This document shows positions 1 to 18,611 of a stretch of DNA of 64,000 nt, piece by piece. Location of the stretch: assembly GCF_003334815.1 (NCBI RefSeq), contig NZ_QOWO01000010.1. The stretch is one strand, 5' to 3'. The position numbers and the translations under genes were made by a program. Under the pieces are notes generated by a model, which did no database searches, was not told the origin of the DNA, and saw only the letters and a list, made by a program, of their open reading frames with translations. Positions within the stretch are counted from its first letter, which is position 1. Each line of letters starts with the position of its first letter. The stretch is from Escherichia coli (GTDB taxonomy: Bacteria > Pseudomonadota > Gammaproteobacteria > Enterobacterales > Enterobacteriaceae).

Positions 1-533
1 TTTGTCGTGATTTACGCGCAAAGTGGTCTGGACCGATTGTTCTTCTAACCTCTCTCGATAGCGATATGAACCACATCCTGGCACTGGAAATGGGTGCCTG
101 CGACTATATTCTCAAAACGACGCCCCCTGCTGTTTTGCTAGCGCGTTTACGTTTGCATTTGCGTCAGAATGAGCAAGCCACACTGACCAAAGGTCTTCAG
201 GAAACGTCTCTGACTCCCTACAAAGCCCTGCATTTCGGCACGTTGACCATCGATCCCATCAACCGCGTAGTCACCCTGGCTAACACTGAAATCTCGCTCT
301 CGACAGCTGATTTCGAATTATTGTGGGAATTAGCTACCCATGCCGGGCAAATCATGGACCGCGATGCATTGCTGAAAAATTTACGCGGCGTCAGTTATGA
401 CGGACTGGATCGTAGCGTGGACGTGGCTATTTCGCGGTTAAGAAAAAAACTGCTCGATAACGCCGCAGAACCTTATCGCATTAAAACTGTGCGTAACAAA
501 GGCTATCTTTTTGCGCCTCATGCATGGGAATAA
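1..533 (+). CDS. rstA: Response regulator RstA, C-terminal part (5' end lies upstream of window)
   Basis: In-frame reading from position 3 gives a receiver-domain end plus OmpR-type winged-helix domain; followed 3 bp later by rstB. Confidence 0.9.
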   Translation, partial: CRDLRAKWSGPIVLLTSLDSDMNHILALEMGACDYILKTTPPAVLLARLRLHLRQNEQATLTKGLQETSLTPYKALHFGTLTIDPINRVVTLANTEISLSTADFELLWELATHAGQIMDRDALLKNLRGVSYDGLDRSVDVAISRLRKKLLDNAAEPYRIKTVRNKGYLFAPHAWE

Positions 534-536
534 GCG

Positions 537-1838
537 ATGAAAAAACTGTTTATCCAGTTTTACCTGTTATTGTTTGTCTGCTTCCTTGTGATGTCTCTGC
601 TGGTTGGGCTGGTGTACAAATTTACCGCCGAACGCGCGGGCAAACAGTCGCTGGATGATTTGATGAACAGTTCGCTGTATCTGATGCGCAGCGAATTGCG
701 TGAGATCCCCCCACACGACTGGGGTAAAACTCTGAAAGAGATGGATTTAAATCTCTCTTTCGATCTGCGTGTCGAGCCACTGAGTAAATACCATCTTGAT
801 GATATTTCCATGCACCGACTGCGTGGCGGCGAAATTGTCGCCCTGGACGATCAGTACACGTTTTTGCAGCGTATCCCGCGCAGCCACTACGTGCTGGCAG
901 TTGGTCCTGTTCCTTATCTTTATTATCTCCATCAGATGCGATTGCTGGATATCGCCCTGATCGCTTTTATTGCTATTTCCCTCGCCTTTCCGGTGTTTAT
1001 CTGGATGCGTCCGCACTGGCAGGATATGTTAAAACTGGAAGCAGCGGCGCAACGATTTGGCGATGGGCATCTCAATGAACGTATCCACTTTGATGAGGGT
1101 TCGAGCTTTGAACGACTTGGCGTCGCATTTAACCAGATGGCGGACAATATCAACGCCTTAATTGCCAGCAAAAAACAGCTTATTGACGGTATCGCTCACG
1201 AACTGCGAACACCGTTAGTGCGCCTGCGTTATCGACTGGAGATGAGCGATAACCTGAGCGCCGCCGAATCCCAGGCGTTGAATCGTGATATCAGTCAACT
1301 TGAAGCTTTAATTGAAGAGCTGCTGACTTATGCCCGACTCGATCGCCCACAAAACGAGCTTCATCTTAGCGAACCAGACCTGCCGTTGTGGCTGTCAACG
1401 CATCTGGCAGATATTCAGGCAGTAACGCCCGATAAAACGGTACGGATAAAAACGCTCGTGCAAGGCCATTATGCGGCGTTGGATATGCGCTTAATGGAGC
1501 GCGTGCTGGATAATTTGCTCAATAACGCCCTGCGGTACTGCCATTCAACGGTTGAAACAAGCCTGCTACTGTCGGGGAATAGAGCGACATTAATTGTTGA
1601 GGATGATGGCCCAGGGATTGCCCCAGAAAACCGCGAACATATCTTTGAACCTTTTGTTCGCCTCGATCCCAGCCGGGATCGCTCAACCGGCGGCTGCGGG
1701 CTGGGGCTGGCAATTGTCCACTCTATAGCACTGGCAATGGGCGGTACGGTTAATTGTGACACCAGCGAACTGGGTGGTGCCCGCTTCTCGTTTAGCTGGC
1801 CGTTATGGCATAACATCCCGCAATTTACCTCTGCCTGA
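537..1838 (+). CDS. rstB: Sensor histidine kinase RstB
   Basis: 433 aa ORF with N-terminal TM segment, HAMP, H-box (AHELRTPL) and ATPase motifs; position after rstA. Confidence 0.93.
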   Translation: MKKLFIQFYLLLFVCFLVMSLLVGLVYKFTAERAGKQSLDDLMNSSLYLMRSELREIPPHDWGKTLKEMDLNLSFDLRVEPLSKYHLDDISMHRLRGGEIVALDDQYTFLQRIPRSHYVLAVGPVPYLYYLHQMRLLDIALIAFIAISLAFPVFIWMRPHWQDMLKLEAAAQRFGDGHLNERIHFDEGSSFERLGVAFNQMADNINALIASKKQLIDGIAHELRTPLVRLRYRLEMSDNLSAAESQALNRDISQLEALIEELLTYARLDRPQNELHLSEPDLPLWLSTHLADIQAVTPDKTVRIKTLVQGHYAALDMRLMERVLDNLLNNALRYCHSTVETSLLLSGNRATLIVEDDGPGIAPENREHIFEPFVRLDPSRDRSTGGCGLGLAIVHSIALAMGGTVNCDTSELGGARFSFSWPLWHNIPQFTSA

Positions 1839-1880
1839 CACTACGCGCACGATGGTCAAGTCACCACGACTGTGCTATAA

Positions 1881-4243
<2,363 letters not shown>

Positions 4244-4355
4244 GACCTGCTCCTCACCTGATTAATTTTTTCTTTCTGTTTTGCTTTCGTTAAGCAACTT
4301 TTAGCTCACTTATTATTTACCATTTGATAACAAATGTTTGGTCTTTCGTGCCATG

Positions 4356-4381
4356 TAAAAAAACCGCCCCGAAGGGCGGCT
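4356..4381 (-). terminator. Intrinsic terminator downstream of fumA
   Basis: Reverse strand: AGCCGCCCTTCGGGGCGG followed by a T7 run. Confidence 0.75.
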
Positions 4382-4385
4382 CTGT

Positions 4386-6032
4386 TTATTTCACACAGCG
4401 GGTGCATTGTGTGAGTTGTATCTGCTGGAAGAAGTCATTTCCTTTATCATCCACAAGGATAAACGCCGGGAAATCTTCCACTTCAATTTTCCAGATGGCT
4501 TCCATTCCCAGTTCCGGATATTCAACACATTCCAGGCTCTTAATACTTCCCTGCGCCAATACAGCGGCCGGACCACCGATACTGCCAAGGTAGAAGCCGC
4601 CGTGTTTTTTACAGGCATCCGTCACCTGCTGGCTGCGGTTGCCTTTCGCCAGCATGATCATACTTCCGCCCTGCGCTTGCAGTTGATCGACATAAGAATC
4701 CATCCGTCCGGCGGTCGTTGGGCCAAGAGAACCGGAGGCATAACCTTCCGGCGTTTTGGCCGGACCCGCGTAGTAAATCGGATGATCTTTGATGTACTGC
4801 GGCAGCCCTTCACCGTTATCCATCCGCTCTTTCAGTTTGGCGTGAGCAATATCACGACCGACGATAATCGTGCCGTTAAGCGATAAGCGTGTAGAAACGG
4901 GATACTGCGACAACTGTGCGAGGATCTCTTTCATCGGACGGTTAAGGTCAACGCGCACCGCTTCGCCTTCTCCCGCTTTGCGCAGCTCTTCCGGGATATA
5001 TTTGCCTGGATTATGTTCCAGTTTTTCGATCCAGATCCCCTGACGGTTGATCTTCGCTTTGATATTACGGTCAGCAGAGCAGGAGACGCCCATACCGACC
5101 GGGCAGGATGCGCCGTGACGTGGCAGGCGAATCACGCGGATGTCGTGAGCGAAGTATTTACCACCAAACTGCGCACCCAGACCAAGATTTTGCGCTTCGA
5201 TCAGCAATTCTTTTTCCAGTTCCACATCGCGGAACGCCTGACCGTGCTCATTCCCTTCCGTTGGCAGTTCATCATAGTATTTCGCGGAAGCCAGTTTCAC
5301 CGTTTTAAGGTTCGTTTCTGCAGAAGTTCCACCAATAACGAACGCAATATGATACGGAGGACAGGCCGCCGTACCCAGCGTGCGCATCTTCTCAACCAGG
5401 TAATTTTTCAGTTTCCCCGGCGTCAGTAACGCTTTGGTTTCCTGATAGAGATACGTCTTGTTTGCCGAACCACCACCTTTGGCGATACAGAGGAATTTGT
5501 ATTCGTCGCCATCAACGGCATAAAGATCGATCTGCGCTGGCAGATTGGTGCCGGTATTCACTTCTTTATACATATCCAGCGGCGCGTTTTGCGAGTAGCG
5601 CAGATTATCTTCGATATAAGTGTTATAGACACCGCGCGCCAGCGCCGCTTCATCACCACCACCGGTCCATACACGCTGCCCTTTTTTACCAACAATAATC
5701 GCGGTGCCGGTATCCTGACAGGTTGGCAGAACGCCTTTCGCCGCGATGTCGGAGTTACGCAGGAATTGCAGCGCCACATATTTATCATTTTCGCTGGCCT
5801 CCGGGTCACGCAGAATGTCGGCCACCTGTTGTTGGTGCGCCGGACGCAGCATGAACGACGCATCATGAAACGCCTGGCGCGCCAACAGAGTTAACGCTTC
5901 GGGTGCGACTTTCAAAATCTCCTGCCCTTCAAATTCAGATACGCTAACGTGTTCGCTGGTTAGCAGGTAATACTCAGTATCATCTTTTTTGAGTGGAAAA
6001 GGAGCCTGATAATGAAAGGGTTTGTTTGACAT
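4386..6032 (-). CDS. fumA: Fumarate hydratase class I (Fe-S dependent)
   Basis: 548 aa ORF recognised as class I fumarase; sits immediately upstream of fumC on the same strand. Confidence 0.93.
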   Translation of the reverse strand: MSNKPFHYQAPFPLKKDDTEYYLLTSEHVSVSEFEGQEILKVAPEALTLLARQAFHDASFMLRPAHQQQVADILRDPEASENDKYVALQFLRNSDIAAKGVLPTCQDTGTAIIVGKKGQRVWTGGGDEAALARGVYNTYIEDNLRYSQNAPLDMYKEVNTGTNLPAQIDLYAVDGDEYKFLCIAKGGGSANKTYLYQETKALLTPGKLKNYLVEKMRTLGTAACPPYHIAFVIGGTSAETNLKTVKLASAKYYDELPTEGNEHGQAFRDVELEKELLIEAQNLGLGAQFGGKYFAHDIRVIRLPRHGASCPVGMGVSCSADRNIKAKINRQGIWIEKLEHNPGKYIPEELRKAGEGEAVRVDLNRPMKEILAQLSQYPVSTRLSLNGTIIVGRDIAHAKLKERMDNGEGLPQYIKDHPIYYAGPAKTPEGYASGSLGPTTAGRMDSYVDQLQAQGGSMIMLAKGNRSQQVTDACKKHGGFYLGSIGGPAAVLAQGSIKSLECVEYPELGMEAIWKIEVEDFPAFILVDDKGNDFFQQIQLTQCTRCVK

Positions 6033-6230
6033 TGTTCTCTCACTTACTGCCTGGTTTGGTTATGCTCTGGGCGGGTGTTCCGTTGCCCTGTTAAAAGCGA
6101 GTAACAATATCCTACACACTTTTTTAACAAAAACTGAGACTAGTACGACTTTTTGCGGCTCCAGGTTACTTCCCGTAGGATTCTTGCTTTAATAGTGGGA
6201 TTAATTTCCACATTAAAACAGGGATTGATC

Positions 6231-7406
6231 ATGCAAAAACTCATTAACTCAGTGCAAAACTATGCCTGGGGCAGCAAAACGGCGTTGACTGAACTTTATG
6301 GTATGGAAAATCCGTCCAGCCAGCCGATGGCCGAGCTGTGGATGGGCGCACATCCGAAAAGCAGTTCACGAGTGCAGAATGCCGCCGGAGATATCGTTTC
6401 ACTGCGTGATGTGATTGAGAGTGATAAATCGACTCTGCTCGGAGAGGCCGTTGCCAAACGCTTTGGCGAACTGCCTTTCCTGTTCAAAGTATTATGCGCA
6501 GCACAGCCACTCTCCATTCAGGTTCATCCAAACAAACACAATTCTGAAATCGGTTTTGCCAAAGAAAATGCCGCAGGTATCCCGATGGATGCCGCCGAGC
6601 GTAACTATAAAGATCCTAACCACAAGCCGGAGCTGGTTTTTGCGCTGACGCCTTTCCTTGCGATGAACGCGTTTCGTGAATTTTCCGAGATTGTCTCCCT
6701 ACTCCAGCCGGTCGCAGGTGCACATCCGGCGATTGCTCACTTTTTACAACAGCCTGATGCCGAACGTTTAAGCGAACTGTTCGCCAGCCTGTTGAATATG
6801 CAGGGTGAAGAAAAATCCCGCGCGCTGGCGATTTTAAAATCGGCCCTCGATAGCCAGCAGGGTGAACCGTGGCAAACGATTCGTTTAATTTCTGAATTTT
6901 ACCCGGAAGACAGCGGTCTGTTCTCCCCGCTATTGCTGAATGTGGTGAAATTGAACCCTGGCGAAGCGATGTTCCTGTTCGCTGAAACACCGCACGCTTA
7001 CCTGCAAGGCGTGGCGCTGGAAGTGATGGCAAACTCCGATAACGTGCTGCGTGCGGGTCTGACGCCTAAATACATTGATATTCCGGAACTGGTTGCCAAT
7101 GTGAAATTCGAAGCCAAACCGGCTAACCAGTTGTTGACCCAGCCGGTGAAACAAGGTGCAGAACTGGACTTCCCGATTCCAGTGGATGATTTTGCCTTCT
7201 CGCTGCATGACCTTAGTGATAAAGAAACCACCATTAGCCAGCAGAGTGCCGCCATTTTGTTCTGCGTCGAAGGCGATGCAACGTTGTGGAAAGGTTCTCA
7301 GCAGTTACAGCTTAAACCGGGTGAATCAGCGTTTATTGCCGCCAACGAATCACCGGTGACTGTCAAAGGCCACGGCCGTTTAGCGCGTGTTTACAACAAG
7401 CTGTAA
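6231..7406 (+). CDS. manA: Mannose-6-phosphate isomerase
   Basis: 391 aa from MQKLINSVQNYAWGSK; the track ORF carries a 26-codon upstream extension. Confidence 0.93.
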   Translation: MQKLINSVQNYAWGSKTALTELYGMENPSSQPMAELWMGAHPKSSSRVQNAAGDIVSLRDVIESDKSTLLGEAVAKRFGELPFLFKVLCAAQPLSIQVHPNKHNSEIGFAKENAAGIPMDAAERNYKDPNHKPELVFALTPFLAMNAFREFSEIVSLLQPVAGAHPAIAHFLQQPDAERLSELFASLLNMQGEEKSRALAILKSALDSQQGEPWQTIRLISEFYPEDSGLFSPLLLNVVKLNPGEAMFLFAETPHAYLQGVALEVMANSDNVLRAGLTPKYIDIPELVANVKFEAKPANQLLTQPVKQGAELDFPIPVDDFAFSLHDLSDKETTISQQSAAILFCVEGDATLWKGSQQLQLKPGESAFIAANESPVTVKGHGRLARVYNKL

Positions 7407-7464
7407 GAGCTTACTGAAAAAATTAACATCTCTTGCTAAGCTTATTAAAGGCTTATAACACCTT

Positions 7465-7494
7465 CAGGCGGCCAGTCCGCCTGATTTCATTTTA
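7465..7494 (+). terminator. Hairpin with T-rich tail downstream of manA
   Basis: CAGGCGG-CCAGT-CCGCCTG then ATTTCATTTT. Confidence 0.5.
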
Positions 7495-7506
7495 TGGATA
7501 ATCATT

Positions 7507-9015
7507 ATGAATAAATCGCTGGTAGCGGTAGGCGTCATTGTTGCGCTAGGCGTAGTCTGGACAGGCGGCGCATGGTATACAGGCAAGAAGATTGAAACCC
7601 ATCTCGAAGACATGGTCGCGCAGGCGAACGCGCAACTCAAACTGACAGCTCCTGAATCCAACCTGGAAGTGAGTTATCAAAACTATCATCGCGGCGTATT
7701 CAGCAGCCAGTTGCAACTGTTGGTGAAACCCATTGCCGGGAAAGAAAATCCGTGGATTAAAAGCGGTCAGAGCGTCATCTTCAACGAATCGGTTGATCAT
7801 GGTCCCTTCCCGCTTGCCCAGCTTAAAAAACTGAACCTGATCCCGTCGATGGCATCAATTCAAACCACGCTGGTTAATAACGAAGTAAGCAAACCACTGT
7901 TTGATATGGCAAAAGGTGAAACGCCTTTTGAGATTAACTCGCGCATTGGTTACAGCGGTGATTCCAGTTCCGATATTTCGCTCAAGCCACTGAATTACGA
8001 GCAAAAGGATGAAAAAGTCGCCTTTAGCGGCGGCGAGTTCCAGTTAAATGCTGACAGAGACGGCAAAGCCATCTCCCTTTCCGGGGAGGCGCAAAGTGGT
8101 CGGATAGACGCAGTTAACGAATACAACCAGAAAGTGCAGTTGACCTTTAATAATCTGAAAACCGACGGTTCCAGCACGCTGGCAAGTTTTGGTGAGCGTG
8201 TAGGAAATCAAAAACTGTCACTGGAAAAAATGACCATTTCAGTGGAAGGCAAAGAACTGGCACTGCTGGAAGGCATGGAGATCAGCGGTAAATCGGATCT
8301 GGTCAATGACGGTAAAACGATCAATAGCCAACTGGATTACTCGCTAAACAGCCTGAAGGTACAGAATCAGGATCTGGGCAGCGGCAAGCTGACTTTAAAA
8401 GTCGGCCAGATTGATGGTGAAGCCTGGCATCAGTTTAGCCAGCAATATAACGCGCAAACTCAGGCGCTGCTGGCACAGCCAGAAATTGCCAACAACCCCG
8501 AACTTTATCAGGAGAAAGTGACGGAAGCCTTCTTTAGCGCCCTGCCGCTGATGCTGAAAGGCGATCCGGTGATTACTATCGCGCCGCTAAGCTGGAAAAA
8601 CAGTCAGGGTGAAAGTGCCCTGAATCTGTCGCTGTTCCTGAAAGATCCGGCAACGACTAAAGAAGCGCCGCAAACGCTGGCGCAGGAAGTAGATCGTTCG
8701 GTTAAATCTCTGGATGCGAAACTGACCATTCCGGTGGATATGGCAACTGAGTTTATGACTCAGGTAGCGAAGCTGGAAGGTTATCAGGAAGATCAAGCGA
8801 AAAAACTGGCGAAACAGCAAGTTGAAGGTGCATCAGCAATGGGGCAGATGTTCCGTCTGACCACCTTGCAGGACAATACCATCACCACCAGCCTGCAATA
8901 TGCTAACGGTCAGATAACGTTAAATGGGCAGAAAATGTCGTTAGAAGATTTTGTTGGCATGTTTGCGATGCCAGCTCTTAACGTTCCGGCTGTACCGGCA
9001 ATTCCGCAGCAGTAA
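7507..9015 (+). CDS. ydgA: DUF945 family protein YdgA
   Basis: 502 aa ORF with N-terminal hydrophobic signal-like segment; recognised as ydgA. Confidence 0.85.
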   Translation: MNKSLVAVGVIVALGVVWTGGAWYTGKKIETHLEDMVAQANAQLKLTAPESNLEVSYQNYHRGVFSSQLQLLVKPIAGKENPWIKSGQSVIFNESVDHGPFPLAQLKKLNLIPSMASIQTTLVNNEVSKPLFDMAKGETPFEINSRIGYSGDSSSDISLKPLNYEQKDEKVAFSGGEFQLNADRDGKAISLSGEAQSGRIDAVNEYNQKVQLTFNNLKTDGSSTLASFGERVGNQKLSLEKMTISVEGKELALLEGMEISGKSDLVNDGKTINSQLDYSLNSLKVQNQDLGSGKLTLKVGQIDGEAWHQFSQQYNAQTQALLAQPEIANNPELYQEKVTEAFFSALPLMLKGDPVITIAPLSWKNSQGESALNLSLFLKDPATTKEAPQTLAQEVDRSVKSLDAKLTIPVDMATEFMTQVAKLEGYQEDQAKKLAKQQVEGASAMGQMFRLTTLQDNTITTSLQYANGQITLNGQKMSLEDFVGMFAMPALNVPAVPAIPQQ

Positions 9016-9024
9016 TTCACGGCC

Positions 9025-9058
9025 AAAACGCCGGAGAATTTTCACTCCGGCGTTTTCA
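9025..9058 (+). terminator. Hairpin terminator downstream of ydgA
   Basis: AACGCCGGAG-loop-CTCCGGCGTT then TTTCATC. Confidence 0.6.
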
Positions 9059-9079
9059 TCTGAAAACAAACCAGAGATT

Positions 9080-9177
9080 GCCTGATGCGCTACGCTTATC
9101 AGGCCTACCTTTTCCTGCAACACTTTGAATTTATGAGTTTTTGTAGGCTGGATAAGGCGTTTACGCCGCATCCGGCA
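9080..9177. repeat. REP/BIME-type extragenic palindromes (inverted pair) between ydgA and uidC
   Basis: GCCTGATGCGCTACGCTTATCAGGCCTAC (9080-9108) and inverted GTAGGCTGGATAAGGCGTTTACGCCGCATCCGGCA (9143-9177). Confidence 0.8.
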
Positions 9178-9207
9178 TAAAAAACGCGCACTTTGTCAAC
9201 AATCTGA

Positions 9208-9242
9208 AACGCCGGAGATTTTTCTCTCCGGCGTTATTTTTT
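9208..9242. terminator. Hairpin abutting the uidC stop codon (near copy of the 9025 hairpin)
   Basis: AACGCCGGAGA-TTTTTCT-TCTCCGGCGTT then ATTTTTT on the plus strand. Confidence 0.55.
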
Positions 9243-10506
9243 ACTTCAGCATAAAGTCATACTGAATACTCATTTTCACATCCCAGTAATTCAGGCGATC
9301 GCCCAGCGTACTGCCATCGCGCTTTTCCCGCCCTTTATCGGCAGCAAGAAAGAAATTCATCCCTTGTAACGGCCCTTCGCTGACCCGATAGTTCATACCA
9401 CCTAAGATACCCGTGCCTTCAATCCGCACATCTCGTTTACTGGATTCATAGCCGCGAGTCACAATCGGTGCAAATGTCAGCGTAAATTGCGGCGTTAAAC
9501 GATAGTTGACGCCCAATTGCCAGGACTGCATTCCTTCACGGTTACGATCAAGACTTAATGAAAAGGGATAGCCAATGTCGGTATCCACCACGGCACCATT
9601 CATTGCATGGCGCAAATAACCACCACTGCCAAATACACTTCCCCACGGCGCATTCCAGGTCAATTGTCCACTAACCAACGCCGTTTCATTGGGCTGGCTG
9701 GTATTACGACTTAAACCTTCGAGCTGCGCGTAAAAGCCGAGCAACTCCCCTTTCAACGTATAATTCGGGTCGAGCGGTATGCTTTTCTCGAGAATACTTT
9801 GTATCTGATTGGAAACATCTTTCTGTACCGATGCCCCCAGAGAATAGCGACTGGTATCATCATGCCAACTGGCGGCTAAAAAAGAACGTGCGCGATGTTT
9901 ATCGTATTTTCCCGTCTGGCTGTTATACACCCCTTCATCACGAATACCGGTTGTTGAATCAGTCCATAAAAATACTCGTGAACGCCACATTCCCCACAGA
10001 TCAATATTTGGTGTTAAAGCCCAATAACCTAATGCTCCTTCAGAAACTGTCGGTAATGTACGTTGCGAACTGCCAGCCATTAACGGAATACGATAAGGTA
10101 AGCTACCATAACTATAATCCGTCCCGAAGCGACCTAATTTAAGCAGGCTATTTTCACTGGGTTTTATTTTTACTGCCCCCAGGGCAAAGCCAAAACTTTT
10201 ATCACCATCAAGATACCACCGGGTACTCATATCAGCACGAGCACCTAATTTATAAACATAATACGCCCCGCCTTCAACGCCAATAATATTGGAATAATAA
10301 CCACTATTGAAATCGAGCAATCCTCCCTGTACCCATGCGTAAATATCTCTTCCCGCGCCAGCACTGGGCTTATCCGCCCTGCGCAATTCGTTTTTCAGTC
10401 TGATGCGTAGTCCCGCTTCATCGTCAGCCAGTTGCGCCGCATAAGCAGAGGTAAGGCCAGAGGCAGCCGTCAGGCAAATAACGGCCATGGCCACTATTTT
10501 TCTCAT
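9241..10506 (-). CDS. uidC: Outer-membrane glucuronide porin UidC
   Basis: 421 aa ORF with signal peptide and C-terminal aromatic residue; downstream of uidB. Confidence 0.88.
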   Translation of the reverse strand: MRKIVAMAVICLTAASGLTSAYAAQLADDEAGLRIRLKNELRRADKPSAGAGRDIYAWVQGGLLDFNSGYYSNIIGVEGGAYYVYKLGARADMSTRWYLDGDKSFGFALGAVKIKPSENSLLKLGRFGTDYSYGSLPYRIPLMAGSSQRTLPTVSEGALGYWALTPNIDLWGMWRSRVFLWTDSTTGIRDEGVYNSQTGKYDKHRARSFLAASWHDDTSRYSLGASVQKDVSNQIQSILEKSIPLDPNYTLKGELLGFYAQLEGLSRNTSQPNETALVSGQLTWNAPWGSVFGSGGYLRHAMNGAVVDTDIGYPFSLSLDRNREGMQSWQLGVNYRLTPQFTLTFAPIVTRGYESSKRDVRIEGTGILGGMNYRVSEGPLQGMNFFLAADKGREKRDGSTLGDRLNYWDVKMSIQYDFMLK

Positions 10507-10544
10507 AGTTGCACCTTTGATGTTCTGATTATTTTTATTGAATA

Positions 10545-13777
<3,233 letters not shown>

Positions 13778-14116
13778 TTAACCAATTCTGTGTTGCACAC
13801 AGTTATCTGTGAGAAACCCATGGAAGAGAAATGGAAATAAAAAGAACTGACACCGCGATCAAAAAACCAAAAACTGCAATACCCACAGCGTGATATAGAT
13901 CGCATTAATCTTTAAAACAGCGTTGACAGAAGCCATAAAATAAGCAACCGAACGTTCGTTCGAGCGTATTGGGAACGATAAACTCTCATGACATATGGCT
14001 ACAGTGAATATTTTGGGGGGAATTCTCCGAAGCTGGGAAGGATAATTTTTGCACAGAGAAATTACGATATGAAACGCGGGCACAGTTATCACCAGCCCGC
14101 CGAAAAAGAGAGAGAA

Positions 14117-14707
14117 TCAGGATGCGGTTAAGATACCGCCAATCATCGCGCGTAATCCCTGAGCAAACGACGCTTCACGCGCCAGGTCTTCCGCTTCGAT
14201 ATCGGCCAGTACACCGTAGGTCAGATCCAGCAGTAAACGTGAAGTCATTGCCGTGTTGATGTCTGGGCTTATCTCGCCTTTTTGCTGGGCATCACGCATC
14301 CGCTGGGCAACAAATTCCGTGATCGTCATATGCTTATTTTTAAGCATGGCGGCGACCTGTGGGTTACGCATCCCTTCCGCCATAATTTCAACCACCAGCG
14401 CCCGTTGTCCAAAGGCTTCATGGGTGAGAGAGACAATGGACTCGACCATATAGTCAACGAAATGAATCCCTTCAATCGGTTCCCGGAAACGGGCCAGCGC
14501 CCTCTCCTGGTCCTGTAAGATAATCGCCTGAATCAAGGCTTCTTTGGAGATGAAATGGTGATAGAGCGTCCCGGGACTAATGGCGCAAGATTTACAGATG
14601 GCTTTCATCGAGGCACTGTGAAATCCATTTTCTGAAAAAATCTCTCTGGCAGCATTGAGGATCCGGGTCCGTGTCGGTTGTGCTTCAGTCTGCATGTTAT
14701 CCATCAT
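14117..14707 (-). CDS. uidR: TetR-family repressor of the uid operon
   Basis: 196 aa ORF with N-terminal TetR HTH; upstream of uidA on the same strand. Confidence 0.9.
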   Translation of the reverse strand: MMDNMQTEAQPTRTRILNAAREIFSENGFHSASMKAICKSCAISPGTLYHHFISKEALIQAIILQDQERALARFREPIEGIHFVDYMVESIVSLTHEAFGQRALVVEIMAEGMRNPQVAAMLKNKHMTITEFVAQRMRDAQQKGEISPDINTAMTSRLLLDLTYGVLADIEAEDLAREASFAQGLRAMIGGILTAS

Positions 14708-14927
14708 TAAACCATTATAGTTAGCGTGAATAACTAGTTTACCGCGTTGTCAGGTGAGCGCCTATCATTGCTGTTGAATAGTGCGAAGGCACACTCTATT
14801 CGTATACTTTTCACTCTGAAATTGGTTAACCAATAGCCGTGATTTGGCTGCCAGTTATTTAGCAGAGACGTTGATGAGTTTATCCCGGTAAACAACACGC
14901 ACGGTTGTTTACCGGTCCGTTAGTGTA

Positions 14928-15695
14928 TTAATTGAGCTCCTGTACCCCACCACCGGAGACGGTGAGAATTTGTCCGCTTACCCAGCTCGCAGCAGGCGAG
15001 CAAAGGAACAGCGCTGCGTTAGCAATATCTTGCGGTTGGCCCAGACGTCTGATCGGCGTGTGCTGTAACATTTTTTGTTCAATTTCTGGTGTAATAACGG
15101 ATTTCAGGGCATCGGTTAATATTGCCCCCGGCGCAATGCCATTTACCCGAATATTTTTTTCACCCAGGTCAAACGCCATATTTCTGACCAGATGACTGGC
15201 CGCAGCTTTAGATGATGCATAGGAAGTCATGTTTATATTTTTATTTTCTGCCGCCATAGAAGTGATGGTCAGAATAACGCCACCGCCATTTTTTTCCATT
15301 TCTGGCGCAACAAGTTGTGACAGATGGAAAAAAGAAAACACATTCAGTTCATAAGCACGGCGAAAATCCGCCATTGGCATATCAAACGGTTTAGGTCCAC
15401 CGCCACCGGCGTTGTTAACCAGAATATCAACTTTACCCAGCTTACTGATAGCAAAGTCTGCCAGTGCAGAGAGTTCCTGTTCGGAAGTAATATCACAACG
15501 GCAGGCAAATGCCTGACCACCCAGTTGTTGAATTTCGTCTACAACATGGTTAGCTGCGTCGGCGTTAATATCACTGACCACCACAGATGCGCCAGCTGTC
15601 GCGAATGTAATGGCGATTTCTTTACCAATACCTGCACCCGCACCTGTGATGATGGCGCATTTTCCGTCGAGTCTCAGGTTGTCAGAATTAAACAC
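14928..15695 (-). CDS. hdhA: 7-alpha-hydroxysteroid dehydrogenase (SDR family)
   Basis: 255 aa ORF with TGAGAGIG Rossmann motif and the SDR catalytic Y-x3-K motif (YASSKAA). Confidence 0.9.
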   Translation of the reverse strand: MFNSDNLRLDGKCAIITGAGAGIGKEIAITFATAGASVVVSDINADAANHVVDEIQQLGGQAFACRCDITSEQELSALADFAISKLGKVDILVNNAGGGGPKPFDMPMADFRRAYELNVFSFFHLSQLVAPEMEKNGGGVILTITSMAAENKNINMTSYASSKAAASHLVRNMAFDLGEKNIRVNGIAPGAILTDALKSVITPEIEQKMLQHTPIRRLGQPQDIANAALFLCSPAASWVSGQILTVSGGGVQELN

Positions 15696-15806
15696 ATAAA
15701 CCTCCTGTGAACTTCAGTAAAAATAAAAGGCACCGCCTGTGTGCCACATTTTTTATCATTAACCTTGAGGAAAGGACACTACCAGGTATAGCAGATAAAG
15801 AGAGGA

Positions 15807-18602
<2,796 letters not shown>

Positions 18603-18611
18603 GGATAAGAT

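Noticed and set aside
6153-6230. 26-codon upstream extension of manA
   Set aside because: The ATG at 6231 begins MQKLINSVQNYAWGSK, the recognised mannose-6-phosphate isomerase N-terminus.
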